Shown: one piece after another, positions 1 to 63,029 of the stretch
How positions within the stretch are numbered: position 1 is the first letter of the stretch
How the letters are laid out: the number at the start of each line of letters is the position of its first letter
NCBI GenBank assembly: GCA_964016885.1
Contig: OZ024741.1
Coordinates: 385,702,001 to 385,766,000 of the forward strand
DNA length: 64,000 nt
Source of the DNA: Eledone cirrhosa
Lineage: Eukaryota
Direction of reading: 5' to 3'
Program-made: the position numbers and the translations under genes
The notes under the pieces: model-generated
Database searches by the model: none
What the model saw: the letters and a program-made list of their open reading frames with translations, nothing else
What the model was told of the DNA's origin: nothing

Positions 1-1272
1 GGAGCGGGCCAGATTACCCCAGAAACGATGAAAAACATGTCTGATGGAATTACACTTTGCCCTTGGGTTATGGGTAGAAGCCTCGTACAGGACGCTATTG
101 TTAACTCTTTCACACATCGTAAATGCTGCATCTGACGTGACAGTTACTTCACCCATAACTGAACAGAATAAATTACTGAAATACCATAAACATTTTTCAG
201 CCCCTGGCATTCAAGATGTTTGTCGGAGTTGGGCTGCTGACATTTGTCATCACTGGCAACTCGAATTAGTCAAATATCAGGTAATGTTCACAGGCACGCT
301 TGGCTATTTAAGTAACTCAGACTTGCTATCACCCGTGCTAAGGCGGTCACATGGTAGCATGCCCCCACCACCACTGCCATCTTTCTAAGTCATATTTTTT
401 TTTATTTGTTTCCTTTGTAAATCATAAGACATATTAAACCAGAAATAGATATAAATACATTTCATAAAAGCAACTCAAAGAAGCTTGAGTGTCAACACAG
501 AGGATATACTATATATATATACATATATGTTCCCAAAATACAATTCTGCTATGAGCTGGGTATGGCATGGCCAACTGGCAAAACCCTCCTCAGTACCACA
601 CCGTAAACATGGTTGGTGTTAGGAAGGACATCTAGCTGTAAAACAAGCAGCTAAAATACAGTTCTGTTTGAGCAAGGTACAGTGTGGCCAACTGGTCAGT
701 CTTGTCTCATAACGTGGACAACAAGTCCAACCCATGCAAGTATGGAAAAATAAGAAGTTAAATGGCTATGATGATGATTGAAAAAAAAAAATACTTCCTA
801 GAACGCATGCTTGATTGCAGCATTCTATGTAAAGTTGCTTAAGTCATGGATTTTCTTTAATCTTCACTCAGGCTATCACCCTATTTCATGTTACATCCAT
901 TTAAACCAATTACAATAATTTTCTTTAATCATTGTTAAACATATATCTACTAATTGCAATGACTTTGTTCTACCTATGTATCTATCTTTGGGTTGCTGTT
1001 TTTGGAATTCATGCTTTGTTGTTGTTCTTGTCCAGAGGTAGATATATTGGTAAATATAAAGACATAGACAGGTAGATATTTAGACAGATGTGGTTTCTAT
1101 TTTACAGGTAGATAGCTGTTGCTAAACCACTGACCAGAGTTTGGATATATCTTGTCAACACTGTAAGATAGAGAGATTGGAGTGGGGGATATCAAAGCAC
1201 ATACATACTCAAATTATCACTCCCAAACCAATCTAGTTCAAAGTATGTCATATGATCATGTTTTCTTATGAT

Positions 1273-2272
1273 ACTAGGAGAGATACCCAGCAATGCCTGG
1301 ATATTTTATGAAAGTAAAAATGTTTTGGCGCATATTACAAAACATTTGAAATATGATTGCTGTATTTTAACTAAAGTAGAAATTATAGTAGAATATTTAT
1401 TGTCACTTGTTCAAAGCAAATCATCTAGATAAAAATATTGTTAGTTTTGTCCAGTGGTGTTGTTTTAAATACTACTCCCTTTTACAATCAGTATATATAA
1501 TGCTTCACACCTAGATGAAAGTTCGTCTGCTTGTGTTAACTTTAGAGAGAAAGAAAAAGTTGAAGAACGCTGACACACACACATACAGATGTCTCCAACC
1601 TAACGCCAACACACACATACACACGTCTCTAACCTAATAATTGTTTCTACTTTTGGCACAAGGCCAGCAATTATCCAGTACATTACTGGTACTTTATTTT
1701 ATCGACCCCATAAGGATGAAAGGTAAAGTTAACCTCGGCGGGATTTGAACTCAGACCGTAAAGGGACGTAACTATGCTGGAAAGCATGGCATCCGACTCT
1801 CTACCGATACTGCCAATCCACCGCTAATAATGCAGTCACACACATACGTTTCTAACTTAAGAACACTGACATGCGTGTCCACACACATACCCACTTTAAT
1901 GAGAAAAGAAGTTAGGAGAGAGTTAAAATGTGAGTAAAGATTAGTTTGTTTACGTTCCCATCCCCAATTTATAAAACACAGCTATCACTCACTTTCTTTC
2001 TCTCCCCATCCCCCACTCTCGTCACGTTTCTCTCTTCTTTCTTTCTCTACAGAATGGAGAAACAAAACGAAATGGATGACTTTTGATATTCATAAGGAAA
2101 TATTTACAATTGAATTTAAATTGATTCCTTGCATCATATAGCACAAATATCGTTACCATTACTTGTCCGATGATCTAGGGCATGTAATTTTGTGGGTGTC
2201 CATACACTAGTTTCTGAGTTTTAGGTGGACACACAGAATTGAAAACTTTCATTCCTATATATATATATATAT
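1273..2272 (-). mobile_element. Non-autonomous Helitron copy A, with a nested SINE
   Basis: 3' end on the minus strand is hairpin CCAGGCATTGCTGGG + about 8 nt + CTAGT; its 5' ~340 nt is shared with copy B and starts in a (TA)n tract. Confidence 0.7.
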
Positions 2273-2274
2273 AT

Positions 2275-3445
2275 ACTTGCAGAGGTACCCAGCAATGCCT
2301 GAGTATTTTATGACTAACAATATAGTTTCGAACATATTACAAAATATTTCTTTTCCTCCGAAGCACCCAAGATCCTCTATCCATTTTCCAGGACTGCGAG
2401 GTTGACCACTCTTGGGTGGCATTGGTAGATATCAAATCCAAAGGTCCGCCAGATAGCTTCATTACTGGAGATGCATCGACCTATCTGATCCTCTTTGACC
2501 TCATCCAGCCCACCATCATTGCTCTTGTTAATATATTTTGATATATAGTATTGCTTTGACAGCTGCAATACTCAACATTAATATGAGCCTTTAGAAGTTT
2601 ACACAACAATTTGTTGTGTGGAACTACCCATTAATTGTTTATGGTCAGCTCCTCTCCTCGAACTGTTAGGCTTGCATTATTGCCTCCTGGTCTATGCCTA
2701 TGACAAAGAGATATCTATCATTGTCAGCTCGAGTTTCCTGAATAAAAGCTCTAGGATAATGTTTGCTGCACTTTTGATCTTTCATGCAGGCAGAGGCTGG
2801 ATTGATGACTTCACATGAACCATGAATGAGTTTGGTTTTGATGGTTTCAAAGAGCTCTGAATCATCATCTTTATCAGGCAGGCAACTCTGCTGAAATGAT
2901 CCTATCAACATTATCTGGTCTTATCTTCTCCTTAAATCAGATTAGTGTGTGAGAATAAGGAAGACCTCTCTTCTGCCATTCAATAGTGGTCATCCAAGCA
3001 CTATAAGCTCACCAAAGATTTTAGGAGCTAGTGGATTTTTTTTTGATTTTCATGGACAACCAGAGCAACGAGGTCATGTCAATCCTTCAGGGGAGAGATA
3101 AAATGTGAGTAAAGAATAAATAATGAAAATTATACCCGTTTCTTTACCTCCCAAACCCCAATTTATCAAACGAAGCTCAATCACATTTTGTCCCCACTCC
3201 AATTTCCCTATCTCTCTTCTCTTCAGAATGGTGAAACAAACAAAATGGATTTCTTTTGATATTCATAAGGAAATAAATTAATTTATATGAATTAATTACT
3301 TGGTAAAGTAAAAATATTGTTACCATTACTTGTCCAATGATCTAGTGAATTTATATATATAATTTGGTGGGCATCTATATGCTAGTTTCTGAGTTTTAGG
3401 TGGACGCACTGAATCAAAAACTTGTATTTACATATACATATATAA
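2275..3445 (-). mobile_element. Helitron deletion derivative, copy B, with decayed Rep domain
   Basis: Peptides IEWQKRGLPYSH (HUH-type motif, ~2990-2945), IHGSC..NPASACMKDQKCSKHYP and GRCISSNEAIWRTFGF..HPRVVNLAV; same termini as copy A; stops and frameshifts. Confidence 0.85.
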
Positions 3446-5089
3446 ATACACACACATACATATCAGTTGCAAGATCAACTTTGCCTTTCATCCATTTGAA
3501 GTTGATACAAGAGTACCAGTGAAGTACTGAGGCAATTCTTCCTCTATATCTCTTTCTCACTCTCTATCCTTCTCTGGAAGAAATCTATATTCAGACCTCG
3601 AGAGATGGGCTCTACAAAGGTTTAAAAATGTCCTAGAAATGCCATATGTCAATACGGTGCTCTTGTGACACCCTCAGGAGTTAGGGGACTAAAAAGAAAA
3701 CATGTATCAGTTGACTTAAGAAGCATTGAGAAAATTTAAAATTTGTGCATCCCAATGCAAATGACCATAATACTAGTTGATCACTAAATAATAGTTAAGA
3801 AAATGGGGATGCACACATTTTCAATTTTACACACACAGTTCAAACAACTGAGTATGCATTAGACACTAGAATGCTAGTATTCAGAACAATTCTGGTACTT
3901 TGATTCATAGCTACTTTTCAAAATGGGCACTGTTAAGTATTTTGCTGGTATGTACATATATTAACATTTGATACTCTTTTTTCCATGCTTCCATGAGTTG
4001 GACTGGTTTTCTACAGCATAGCCTGCCTTCCTTTATTGCATCCCTTCATCATTTCTGTGAAGTTCAGTGTTTGGAGATCAGCTTATACATATATATGTAC
4101 TCATCTGGCAAATGAGAGGCTGTTCAACTCCCATGTGAACTGATACCCATCTTTTTCCGTTCAGTGGGTTTATTAGACTAAAATATTTAGTCAAAATATT
4201 ACGGCGAATCTTCTACTTCTATTTCAATTCCCAACATACTTCCGTTTTATATAATATGTGTGTGACCAACTCATGCAAGCATGGAAAAGTGAAGTAAAAA
4301 TGATGATAATTGATATATATATATATATATATAAATATGTGTTTGTGTGTTAGGTTTGTGTGTAACTAGTTAAAGGCAGTTCGCCATCCTAAGCACTTCA
4401 TGCTATTATAGTGGTCTGTCTCATGTTGGGTTGTATTCCAGGCATAAGGCAGCTGTAGTATGCAATGTGTAAAGTAAGCAAGATCAAAGTGAGTGTTGCA
4501 CCATATAAACTTTATTGGCATATTACTATCATTTCAATATCAATCAGCTCAAGGTAGAATCATAATGACTGGGGACTGACACTGTCTAAACATCTCATCA
4601 GATATGAGAGTTTGAATGTGTTTTTGCACATTGCCTCGACATCTCATCAGATATGCGAGTTTGAGTTCAGCCCCAGTCATTATGGTTGTATCATGAGCTG
4701 ATTGATATTGAAACAAATGTAATATGCAAATAATTGTTTCTACTTTTGGCACAAGGCCAGCAATTACTCAGTGCATTACTGGTACTTTATTTTATCTACC
4801 CCGTAAGGATGAAAGGCAAAGTTCACCTTGGCGGGATTTTATTATGCAATATTGAATTCGATCCTGCTTATATATAACAGGCTTCTATACAGTTTCCATC
4901 TACCAAATTTCAATCAAGGCAATAATAGATTCTTGCCTAAGTACCCTGCAATGGAAATAAACCCCAAACCACATGGTTAAAAAGCAAACTTCTTAACCAG
5001 ATAGCCAAGCCTGCACCTAACACACACACATACATTTGGACATACAAACAGGAAAAAAAAAAAAATAGTACTCGGTATATACACTAAAA

Positions 5090-5095
5090 TTTATT
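5090..5095 (-). terminator. Candidate distal polyadenylation signal for CUL4 (3'UTR about 1.8 kb)
   Basis: AATAAA on the minus strand followed about 25 nt later by a T-run and GT-rich tract. Confidence 0.5.
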
Positions 5096-6249
5096 TGTTC
5101 AATGACGCTGAACAAGATGGGAAACTCAGAGTAGCAATGAAGTTATCTTTTTTTCAATCCTTTTGTGGCAATAACAAAAAAGGTCTGAAATAATTCTATG
5201 TTTTTGTTGTACAGTGTTTATTATTTTTATTTTCTATTTGGTTAAAAAGAAAACATCTAGAAGAAATAAAATGCTAAAAATAACACAACACAACAAAATT
5301 AAAGAAGTGAACACATTTCTATAAAAGTCCTGAAAGCAAATGAGGGACCAGCAACATTGGGGAGAGGGATTGGGTTAGATCTTGTTGAACAACAATAAAC
5401 AGAAAGAGACCCCAATTTTTTTTTCTTCGTTTGTGTTTTTGATTTTGTGCCAACCTTTTTTTTTAAGGAAAAAAGAGAAGACACTATGTAAACTGCACAT
5501 CATGAATAACAACAATATCTGCCATAACCAAATACAGAACTAAAACTCAGCCCTTCTGCTACCACCTTCCTAATAGAAAACACTGTGTATAATTTTGAAA
5601 TCATGAAATCACTTAAAGAACAAGAGTTTGGATGGATTTAGTAATATAACTTTCTCATTATTTAGTTGATGTTTGGAGTATAGCTTAAGAAATATTCTTA
5701 CATAAAATTACAATAGAAAGTTTTTAGATAAATATAAACACTTTCAAATAAACAGCTTAGTATTGTAGAACCAGGTGCAGGCAGTTTCGGCTAGTTTGGT
5801 ATCAAAAAGGTTAAAAAGAACATCTACAAAGATAACAATATGTAAATAGGCTGTTGTTTAGACCTACCCATGTCAGCCCTGATCAAGCATACCTATCTAT
5901 GATTAAAGCCATTTCAGCAATAATCATCTCAAAATTTCTTTTGATAGGTATAGTGTATCTGTGACTTCATTAGCCAATGTGTTCTTCCATTTTTCTTTTG
6001 TAAGGCGGTTGGGGTGATTTGACAAAAAAATTTGGCTGCTACTATTTCTAGCTGCAGGTTGAGCCAGTATGCAGAGGATCCATTACTGTATTGAAATGTG
6101 AAGGTTGTGTTATGGTGGAGGGTATTAGGGGATTGATTGATTAAAGAGGTGTTTCAGCAGTGATGTAAACAAAAGGTCTTGAGAGACGAAAAAAAAAAAA
6201 AAAGACAACTATAAATGTTGTAGAAAAATGATAAGTTATATCTTCAGTC

Positions 6250-6255
6250 TTTATT
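6250..6255 (-). terminator. Candidate proximal polyadenylation signal
   Basis: AATAAA on the minus strand with a T-rich tract downstream (6203..6189). Confidence 0.35.
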
Positions 6256-6889
6256 AAAACCATTCCATCTAAAACAATTCAGAACGATCAACTTCACGGT
6301 GGCACTCAGACATCTGAGAACAGAAAAAAAAATATAGAAAGAAAAGAAAGACAGAAAGAAAGAAATAAAGAAAACAGAACAGGGTACATTTTCTCCCCAT
6401 GTGGTTGAGCCAGTATTATTTTGCCTAGTACAAAAACACTTGCTGGAATTCAATCTGCTTAGATACCACAATCAGCCAACACAGTAGTTTATGTTGCCAT
6501 ATTAGTGGTAGTAATGAGAGTATTATTAATAATAATTATAATAGTAATAATAGTAGTAGGAGGAGGAAGAGGAGGAGAATGAGGAGGAGGAATAGTGGTA
6601 GATATTACATGTCATAATTGTCCAAACGTTGGCAATGTCAGTCAAGATGTTTGAGAGACATGCTAGCAAGGATCACAACCACAGGTTGATCATCATCATT
6701 GTCATCATCATCATCATCACCACTATCCTCCTTACTCCGCAAACATTTGCCATCAACCAACAGAAAGCAGTGGTAAGTGTAGAGACAACGTTTAAAGTAC
6801 CAATCCTACAACTTGGAAACAAAAATCATAAGTTTTTTTTTTAATAATTATAATTATTTTTTTTCCATATTGATCTTTAGGCGCCAACA

Positions 6890-56114
<49,225 letters not shown>

Positions 56115-56699
56115 GCATTCCGATTTCTTCGGCCAAAAATGACCTGGGCTCTCCTTTGAATAAAATATTTGGGGTCTTGCAGTCCCTTTTGTACTTTAGG
56201 GGATCCGATTGGTTGGCTAGCTGCCCCAACGCTTTTCGTTTTTTTCCCCTCGACACATTAAATCGCTAGGGATGAAGTAGTCAAAATATTACCAACAACA
56301 ACAATAATAATGGTGATTCTGGTGTTGCTGCGACATTTGTTTCGTCAATAAAGCAGAGAGCGTTGTTGTGTAGGCTTTACTCTGTGTAATATATATGTGT
56401 GTATATATATATGTGTAAGAGTGTGTGTAGAGTAAATTGAATACACAGTTGCTCTATTGTGTAGTTTTTGTCACTTAACTGGTATGAGGTGCGCCTTTTC
56501 TCTTAAACACCGACCCCTTTGCCTTATTTTGCTGTTTTCTAGTAGCCCCTTTCTTCCGACTCGCAGCTACACTTCTACTAACTGGACACGGATCTTTCAC
56601 ACAGTGGAAAATATACAATGTTCGCTAATTGTTAAAATCCTATATCTGTGTGTGTGGATTGTTCAAGACATTAACGCCAAAATAATAATGGATAGCTGT

Positions 56700-56860
56700 T
56701 TTTGTAGCTTCAGCTTCAAGGTAGAAGAAATATGGCGGAAAATCTCGCGATGATCACGTTTAGCAAGGGGAACTAACCGACGTGTCTTGAAAATTGCTTG
56801 AAGCAGACGATAAATGTGGAAGCACGTGGCGATAATCAATTGTCGTGTGCACTTTATATA
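56700..56860. promoter_or_regulatory. Candidate CUL4 proximal promoter, a CpG-enriched motif cluster
   Basis: ATGGCGG (YY1-like) at 56732, TCTCGCGA at 56743..56750, CACGTG E-box at 56823..56828; CpG-rich relative to flanks and 0.6-0.7 kb upstream of the ORF. TSS unknown. Confidence 0.5.
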
Positions 56861-57053
56861 ACACAAGTAATTTCTGCAATATGTGCATTTTCTGCAATAT
56901 ATGTAGTTTATGCAATTTGTAAATTTCTACAGTTTTAATAATAAGTGCATTTCCATGACATGTACATTTTTAGTTTCATTCTGTGAGGGTCAATGCTTCC
57001 GTAGCCGAACGGAATAAAATTCTGAAGTACCGGGAATTATCGGTAAACTATTT

Positions 57054-57240
57054 CTTCCAGCCTGTGGTGTTCCAGACGTTTGGGAGGCTGGACCACCGAC
57101 AGCAAAGTTCTTGTCATTGTTAGCAGCTCGCCTTAATGAGGTATTAGGTGATGCCTATGAGGGTGCTTGGTTGTTGCAGCGCCTTAGCCATGCCATTATC
57201 CACAGTAATGGTATAAGTGTGTTGGCTTGCCTCAAAAAGT
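57054..57240 (+). mobile_element. CRE-like non-LTR retrotransposon C-terminal fragment
   Basis: FQPVVFQTFG..GDAYEGAWLLQRLSHAIIHSNGISV resembles the QRLSxAIQRGNA tail of CRE-type RLE elements; frameshifted. Confidence 0.6.
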
Positions 57241-58439
57241 ATTAGAGGGAGGTTCCAATGCCCCTTGTGGTGTGTGACCGATTGACGAACTTTTTAAATT
57301 GATGTAATTCTTCGCTTTGATTGTATATTTTTGTGCATTATATTTATAAGGTTCCATGTGAAACGCCATGGTTATAATATATTTTCTTTCGTTTTGAATT
57401 TATATTTTAATGTGAAATGTTTATGTAATTAAGTATTGTATATATTATTTGTGTTTATGCAATGTATGCAGTTTTTACAATAAATATATACCTACAATGC
57501 ATGCAACTTCTTCTATATTTGTAGTTTTTATAACTTAAGCAGTTTCTAGAGTATATACAACGTGTATTCTTACAATGTAGTAGTTTCTTTCTGAAGGGCA
57601 AAGTATTAATCATTGCAAGTTTACTGGTTTAATTTTTCAGACCAGCTCCCATGTATGTATGCATAGTTTATATTATAAAATAACAGCTAAGGTTTTTAAT
57701 ATAAATAATCCAATCTAATCTAAGGTATTTTCACTCCTGTTGAAGGAACCTTTCCCTGGTTGACCTCCACCATTTTCTGTTTGGTTTTAGGTCATGTCAG
57801 AGGTGTAGCTGTACTCACTGCGCTTGACCAATTGCAGGTAGATGCACTTTGACTCTGAGAAGTTCTTTTGCCTTTTTTACAGCTTTTGTTTTTTTTTGTG
57901 CAGCTGTGATTCCACTTACCCTCCTCACCAGACCATAGTCTGGTGGGGAAGCTGGTTTAGTCAGTAAACTGGCTACAAATGATCATAAGTTACTGGTAAG
58001 AGTTGAAATACTCTTTTCCACATGTCTGCTCAATCAGATTTGACCTAGTGCTAAACAACAATGGCAACAGTAGTAACAAGAACAACAACAGCAGTAGTGG
58101 CAATAACCACCAAGTGAGATAGGTTACAATATATATTACAATTGTACACAACCAAGAAAGATAACCTACAGTTGCATATGGTGTAATTGATATTTCAAGA
58201 TGCACTGACCAGATTTTTAGGCCATAATATGTCACCCTAAGTGACAATCTCTGCAAGTCTAGCAAAAGAAGTAGACAATTGTAGAAGAAAAATGGCAGAT
58301 AAGCTTTAGTATCTATACTGACCTAACAATAATAATAATGTTTGTTTTTTTCCTTTTAACGGTAAGGGCTTACAAAAAGATCACATTAAGGACAGCATAG
58401 GACAAAACATTATGAATGAGTGTGTATAGGTGTATGGGT

Positions 58440-61400
58440 TTTGTGTACCCACAATAATGATAATGGTTTCTTTATTAGCCACACAGGGCTCACATTAAAA
58501 AGTATTAAGGACAGCACAAGATGGTACAATGTGGGTTTCAGTGTGTAAAAAAGGTTAAAAAAAACCCAAGGAAAAAAGAAAAACGTGTAAAAATTTCAAA
58601 CAAAATAAATTCCTCAATGGGGCAGGGATATAGACTTCCGAGGGTCACTCATGGACAAAGCTCATAAAAAGCCACAGTCACCCTGACCACTAAGACAAGT
58701 TGACCTCCAATCTATAGACACACACTTGGAGCAGGCCCATTCATTCAAGCGATGCTTGCCACTCTCACCACCTTTCAACAAACTGGTTGGAAGGTAGCAC
58801 TTCCCCCTCCACCCTGATTTTCCTTTTCAAGTGAAACCTGAAAAAATCAATCAAGGCTTCACTGCAGCGGAAAGTGCTTGTTTTCAACCCTTTCAGACCT
58901 GTCCACCGCATGGCCACCAGGTAGATAAAAACTTCCTGCCCTTCCTGGCTAAATCAAGGTAGCAGGGCAATCTTTACAATGGACTTGGCTGATAATCCAG
59001 TCCAACCTATACACAACAGCAGGTGTTCGGCATAAACCCACAAATTAGCAATACTCAGACACTTGATGAGTGCATGCAGGATGATTTCATTGCCCTGAGC
59101 ACATCTCAGACAGACCTGACTGATGGCATTTCCATGTATTGAACTGACAATGCTTCCCGGCAGCACTGCTAGGTCAAGGATTTATGGAATTTATCCATGG
59201 GCCCTGGACCAAAGTATCTGGAAAAGAGTGGCTAGTTGATTTTCATCAGTGCCCAGAGTCTCTCCAAAAATGTCATCATTTTTATCTGCCATTAACACTC
59301 TATAGAATGCCAAGGTCGAGATTCCACCAACCGCACTGCCCGATTGGTCAAGGGCTGTGAGTGCTTAAAGATACTCCAATTTCCAAGTGCTCCCTCTCAG
59401 TCTTCGCTTGATCCAGGACTCAGCTCTATCAAGGGGACGAGCTGTAGAAATATTTAGCTGGGAATTATTAATGATAATAATATTTGTATCAACAGAAGTC
59501 ACCAATATAACAGACATTTAATAGTCACCAGTTTAGTAGAAAAATAATATTATGTCATTTAATAATAATGACAATGACAATAATAATAATAATGATGTAT
59601 TTTGTTGTAGCAGGAAAGGTATGGTTTGGTTATATCAATGAATGTAACGGTTTTGTTATATGGCAATGTTAGTTGAATTGAGGTTCGGCTGTAAGTCCCA
59701 GGTTCTGTTGCTGCTGTGATAATAACTCTGGAAAGGATCTTTCCATATCACATTTAAAAGCTATGGCTGTGGTAATAGCATCACAAGACTTTACAATGTT
59801 TTTTACATAATTTATTTACAAACCGATTACAAAGGTTGAGCTGGCATGCCAAACAAAGGAATAAACAAATTAAGAGTTTAGAAGGTATGGTCGACTGGCT
59901 GAGATGCTAGCCAGGCCGTAGTTATGTTGTTGTCATTACATATTGGCTAGTGGTTGAACGGCAAAAGAAAAATGGTGTTTACCTTTCCACGATTGAAGCT
60001 GCAAGAGACAGTATATCAAAAGAAAGTGGGAAAATCTCAGTTTAGGCGAAAGTTGGTAAAATATATTTGTGTGCAGGTCACGATTGGCCTGACTTAGCCC
60101 AATCACGCACGAATAGCTTACAAATGTGCCAAAGGAAAGTAGCTTGCTACAAATACATATCTAACAAATAGCAACCATACCTGTTCACCGTTGAGGTAAA
60201 GCTGAAGATGATATAGCCTGAGTGCATGTTTATGCATCATCAGACATGGCATGCCTCCCTTCCACAAAAAGGAAAAGAGCAGACACTCCAGTGCAATCAG
60301 ACATGGACCAGGACAAGGCAAAATGGTCAGTTGGTAGTAAACGACAGACATGATGTATGCATTTGCCACCTCTGCCTGACCTTTCAGGCATAGCTCCTTC
60401 TCAGCCCATTTCTGGATGAGAGTGGCCACTATTCATTATCCCATCCCAGTTTTTGTTGATTTAGAGATCTGGACCAAACCAGATCCCAAGCAATTTACCT
60501 GGTATTTCCATCCAGCACCCAGTGGAGCTGTGGACAGAATGGACTTTCCCCTTCAGGTGCCAAGCCACAAGTCCAAGTTTTCCTGATTAATATTTATTTG
60601 CTCATGTAATTGCTCTGAGAGCGATGCCAATGGACATCACTACAGTGATACCATTGACATATGCTGACATGGATCTCCCACATCCTAGCTTCTGTGTAAT
60701 GCTTCTCAACAACTCCAATTTGTGCAGTAATGGCTTGCGAGGGAACAAACTTGGCAGACCAAGCACATGATATTGAACAGTTCCAAGAGGTGGCTGTTCA
60801 CTCTGATCACAGAACAGATGTTGCTGTGCAGTGTAGTAATCCATCTTCTGAAATCTTGCCCAAAGTCAGTTGCCTTGATGACTGCCACCAGGTACCAACG
60901 GTTGACCTTATTGAAAGCTTTTGACTGATCTAAATTGATTAAGGCCCACCCATGCCAGGTTGCTTAGCCACCCTCTCTATCATGTATCACATAAGGTGGA
61001 AGTTAAACTCTGCATGTAAGCATAAAGCTTGTAGAGCAGACCATCCAAACCAGGTCTTTTTCCTCTCATGCAGCTAGTCATCGCCTCTCATATCTCAGTA
61101 GTTGCTATAAGCTTTTTGAAACACTTCACCTCCATGGTCTAGAGCAGCGGCAGGTTGTTGAGATAGGCACTAAAGTCCATCTCATCATCTATCCCACTAC
61201 TGATCCCAAACAGTTGAATGGTGCTGCTGAAAAGCTACACACATCTGCTTGGGATCAAGTAGTATGCACCCATCATTGTCCCCCAAAGATTGGATTGTAG
61301 CTTTGTTACCATGCCATGCCTCTGCCATTTGGGGCCATCAAACAGCTTTCATCCCCTTGTGCACTCTAGCTCTGACATCACAGCCTTTGTGCTATACATT

Positions 61401-62200
61401 GAAGAGCCAATCTTGCCGCAAGCATATCAGTTGTGTTGCCTTCTCGCTTTCTAACTAGCTCACTCTCTAGTCTAGTTTTCTCTATCACTACTCCTTTACT
61501 AAAACTTATCGATTTCTCTCTAATCGGCCTTTTCAGGGCAAACCACCATTTATTATTGCTTCCTCAACAAATGCTTAACTAATTCACTAATCCAGTCACT
61601 GTAAGCTTTGTGTGCCAGAAAGGACATGTTTCACTTTTAGTAACTGGATCTCTGTTTATGAAGTCTAAGTCAACTGTACACATCACCAATTTGTGGCCTA
61701 TATTGTTGATTACTTTGAATTATGGACAGTCTATGTTAGCTTTATCTACCTCCCTACAGAATACTATATCTTGATATGATTTGAATGACCCGATGCAGTT
61801 TGGCTATGTCAACATGGCATATTCGAGAAATTCAATCTGTACCTGTCAAACTATTGGAAATGTCTAAACAGGTTTTTAAGACTTTTACACCCTCCTTTTT
61901 TTATTTGCAAGCCCCACACAATCCCAGGGTGCATCTAAAATACTGTTCTAGTTGCCCACTAACACTAAACAGTAGGACTTTCCTAGAAAGGTCTCAAGGT
62001 GACTGAAGAAATCAATCCATCCTGCCCCAGTTGGGATATAGACAGTCACTCGCCTGAAAGCATAACCTTCACTGCTGGTCACATCAAGTACCACCAGCTT
62101 ACCCTCTGGTTACAGGAAGATGGGAGGCATCATGAGATCCAAGCCTTTCCAGAACAACAGCGACTCCATATTCCCGGCAACTTGCATACGCAGATGATGG
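58440..62200 (-). mobile_element. Decayed Tx1/L1-clade LINE ORF2, interrupted at about 59460..60118
   Basis: RT motifs (WITTLHSNICSVIRVNSHL..VCQVCSL), post-RT LCLKGQAEVANAYI..LFSFLWKG, zinc-knuckle CLRC..EIILHALIKC. Confidence 0.8.
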
Positions 62201-62269
62201 ATATGTCTGGGTCTTTTGGAAATTGGTGGTATATAAGATGAACTAATGAAAACAAAACCAGGAGAGAGT

Positions 62270-63000
62270 ACTTGTGCAGGGAAAAGAAAATATTAAAATC
62301 CAAATTAAATACTATTAATATCATGAACTATAAAGCAGCATCCAAAATGAGATGTAGTCCAGGAATAATAATAAGAACAAGGAATGTGATAACAATATAC
62401 AGAGCCTTACACGGAGAGGCAGATATCAACAGGCTATATTTCAACAGAAAAGAGGGAGGACGGGGATAGAGGTAGAGAACCTGAGGAAATGTGTTGCTGA
62501 TAGTGAAGAAGTGCTCTTCACTATCAGTAGAGAAACTAAATGTAGAGATACTAAATGAAGGGAAGGAAAAAAGTCAAGTCCTAAAAACTAGATAGCAACA
62601 ATATGAACAGAAAACTTTATATAGAAACTTTTTTCAAAGGGTATTGAGATGACAAGTCATTCTAATGGTTAAAGGGAGATCTGAAGTGAGAGACAGAGCA
62701 CTTAATCTTAGCAGCATAGGATCAGGTAATCAGGATGAGATATATCAGAGAGAATATAGACACAAAGAATACATCTTGGTTGCATGTAGAATATGTTGTG
62801 AAAGGAAAAATATGGTGGCACATACGGTCTCTGAATGTAATATGCTTGCTTAAAAATATTATAAGAACTGGAGACATGTCAAAATTGCCACAATTTTACA
62901 TTGACAAATGTGTAAAGTTTGAATTTGACCATGCAAAGAAGTGGCATGGCCACAAAATAGAATGTGTCCTTGATTACACACATGCAAATGTATTATAGTT
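62270..63000 (+). mobile_element. R4/Dong-like (RLE) non-LTR retrotransposon fragment
   Basis: ALHGEADINRLYFNRKEGGRG and CRIC..NMVAHTVSEC CCHC-like motif; many stops. Confidence 0.7.
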
Positions 63001-63029
63001 TTGAGGGGCATGGAACAATGGTTAGGTGG

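Noticed and set aside
44-388. 114-aa ORF at the window start
   Set aside because: No recognisable domain or splice context; probably repeat-derived.
56732-56776. ATGGCGG as the start of a divergent + strand gene
   Set aside because: Stops after 14 codons, and no downstream exons are recognisable in the remaining 7 kb.
57922-57948. Hairpin CACCAGAC-CATA-GTCTGGTG
   Set aside because: Lies next to a repeat also seen at 32610-32760; a short hairpin with no supportable function.
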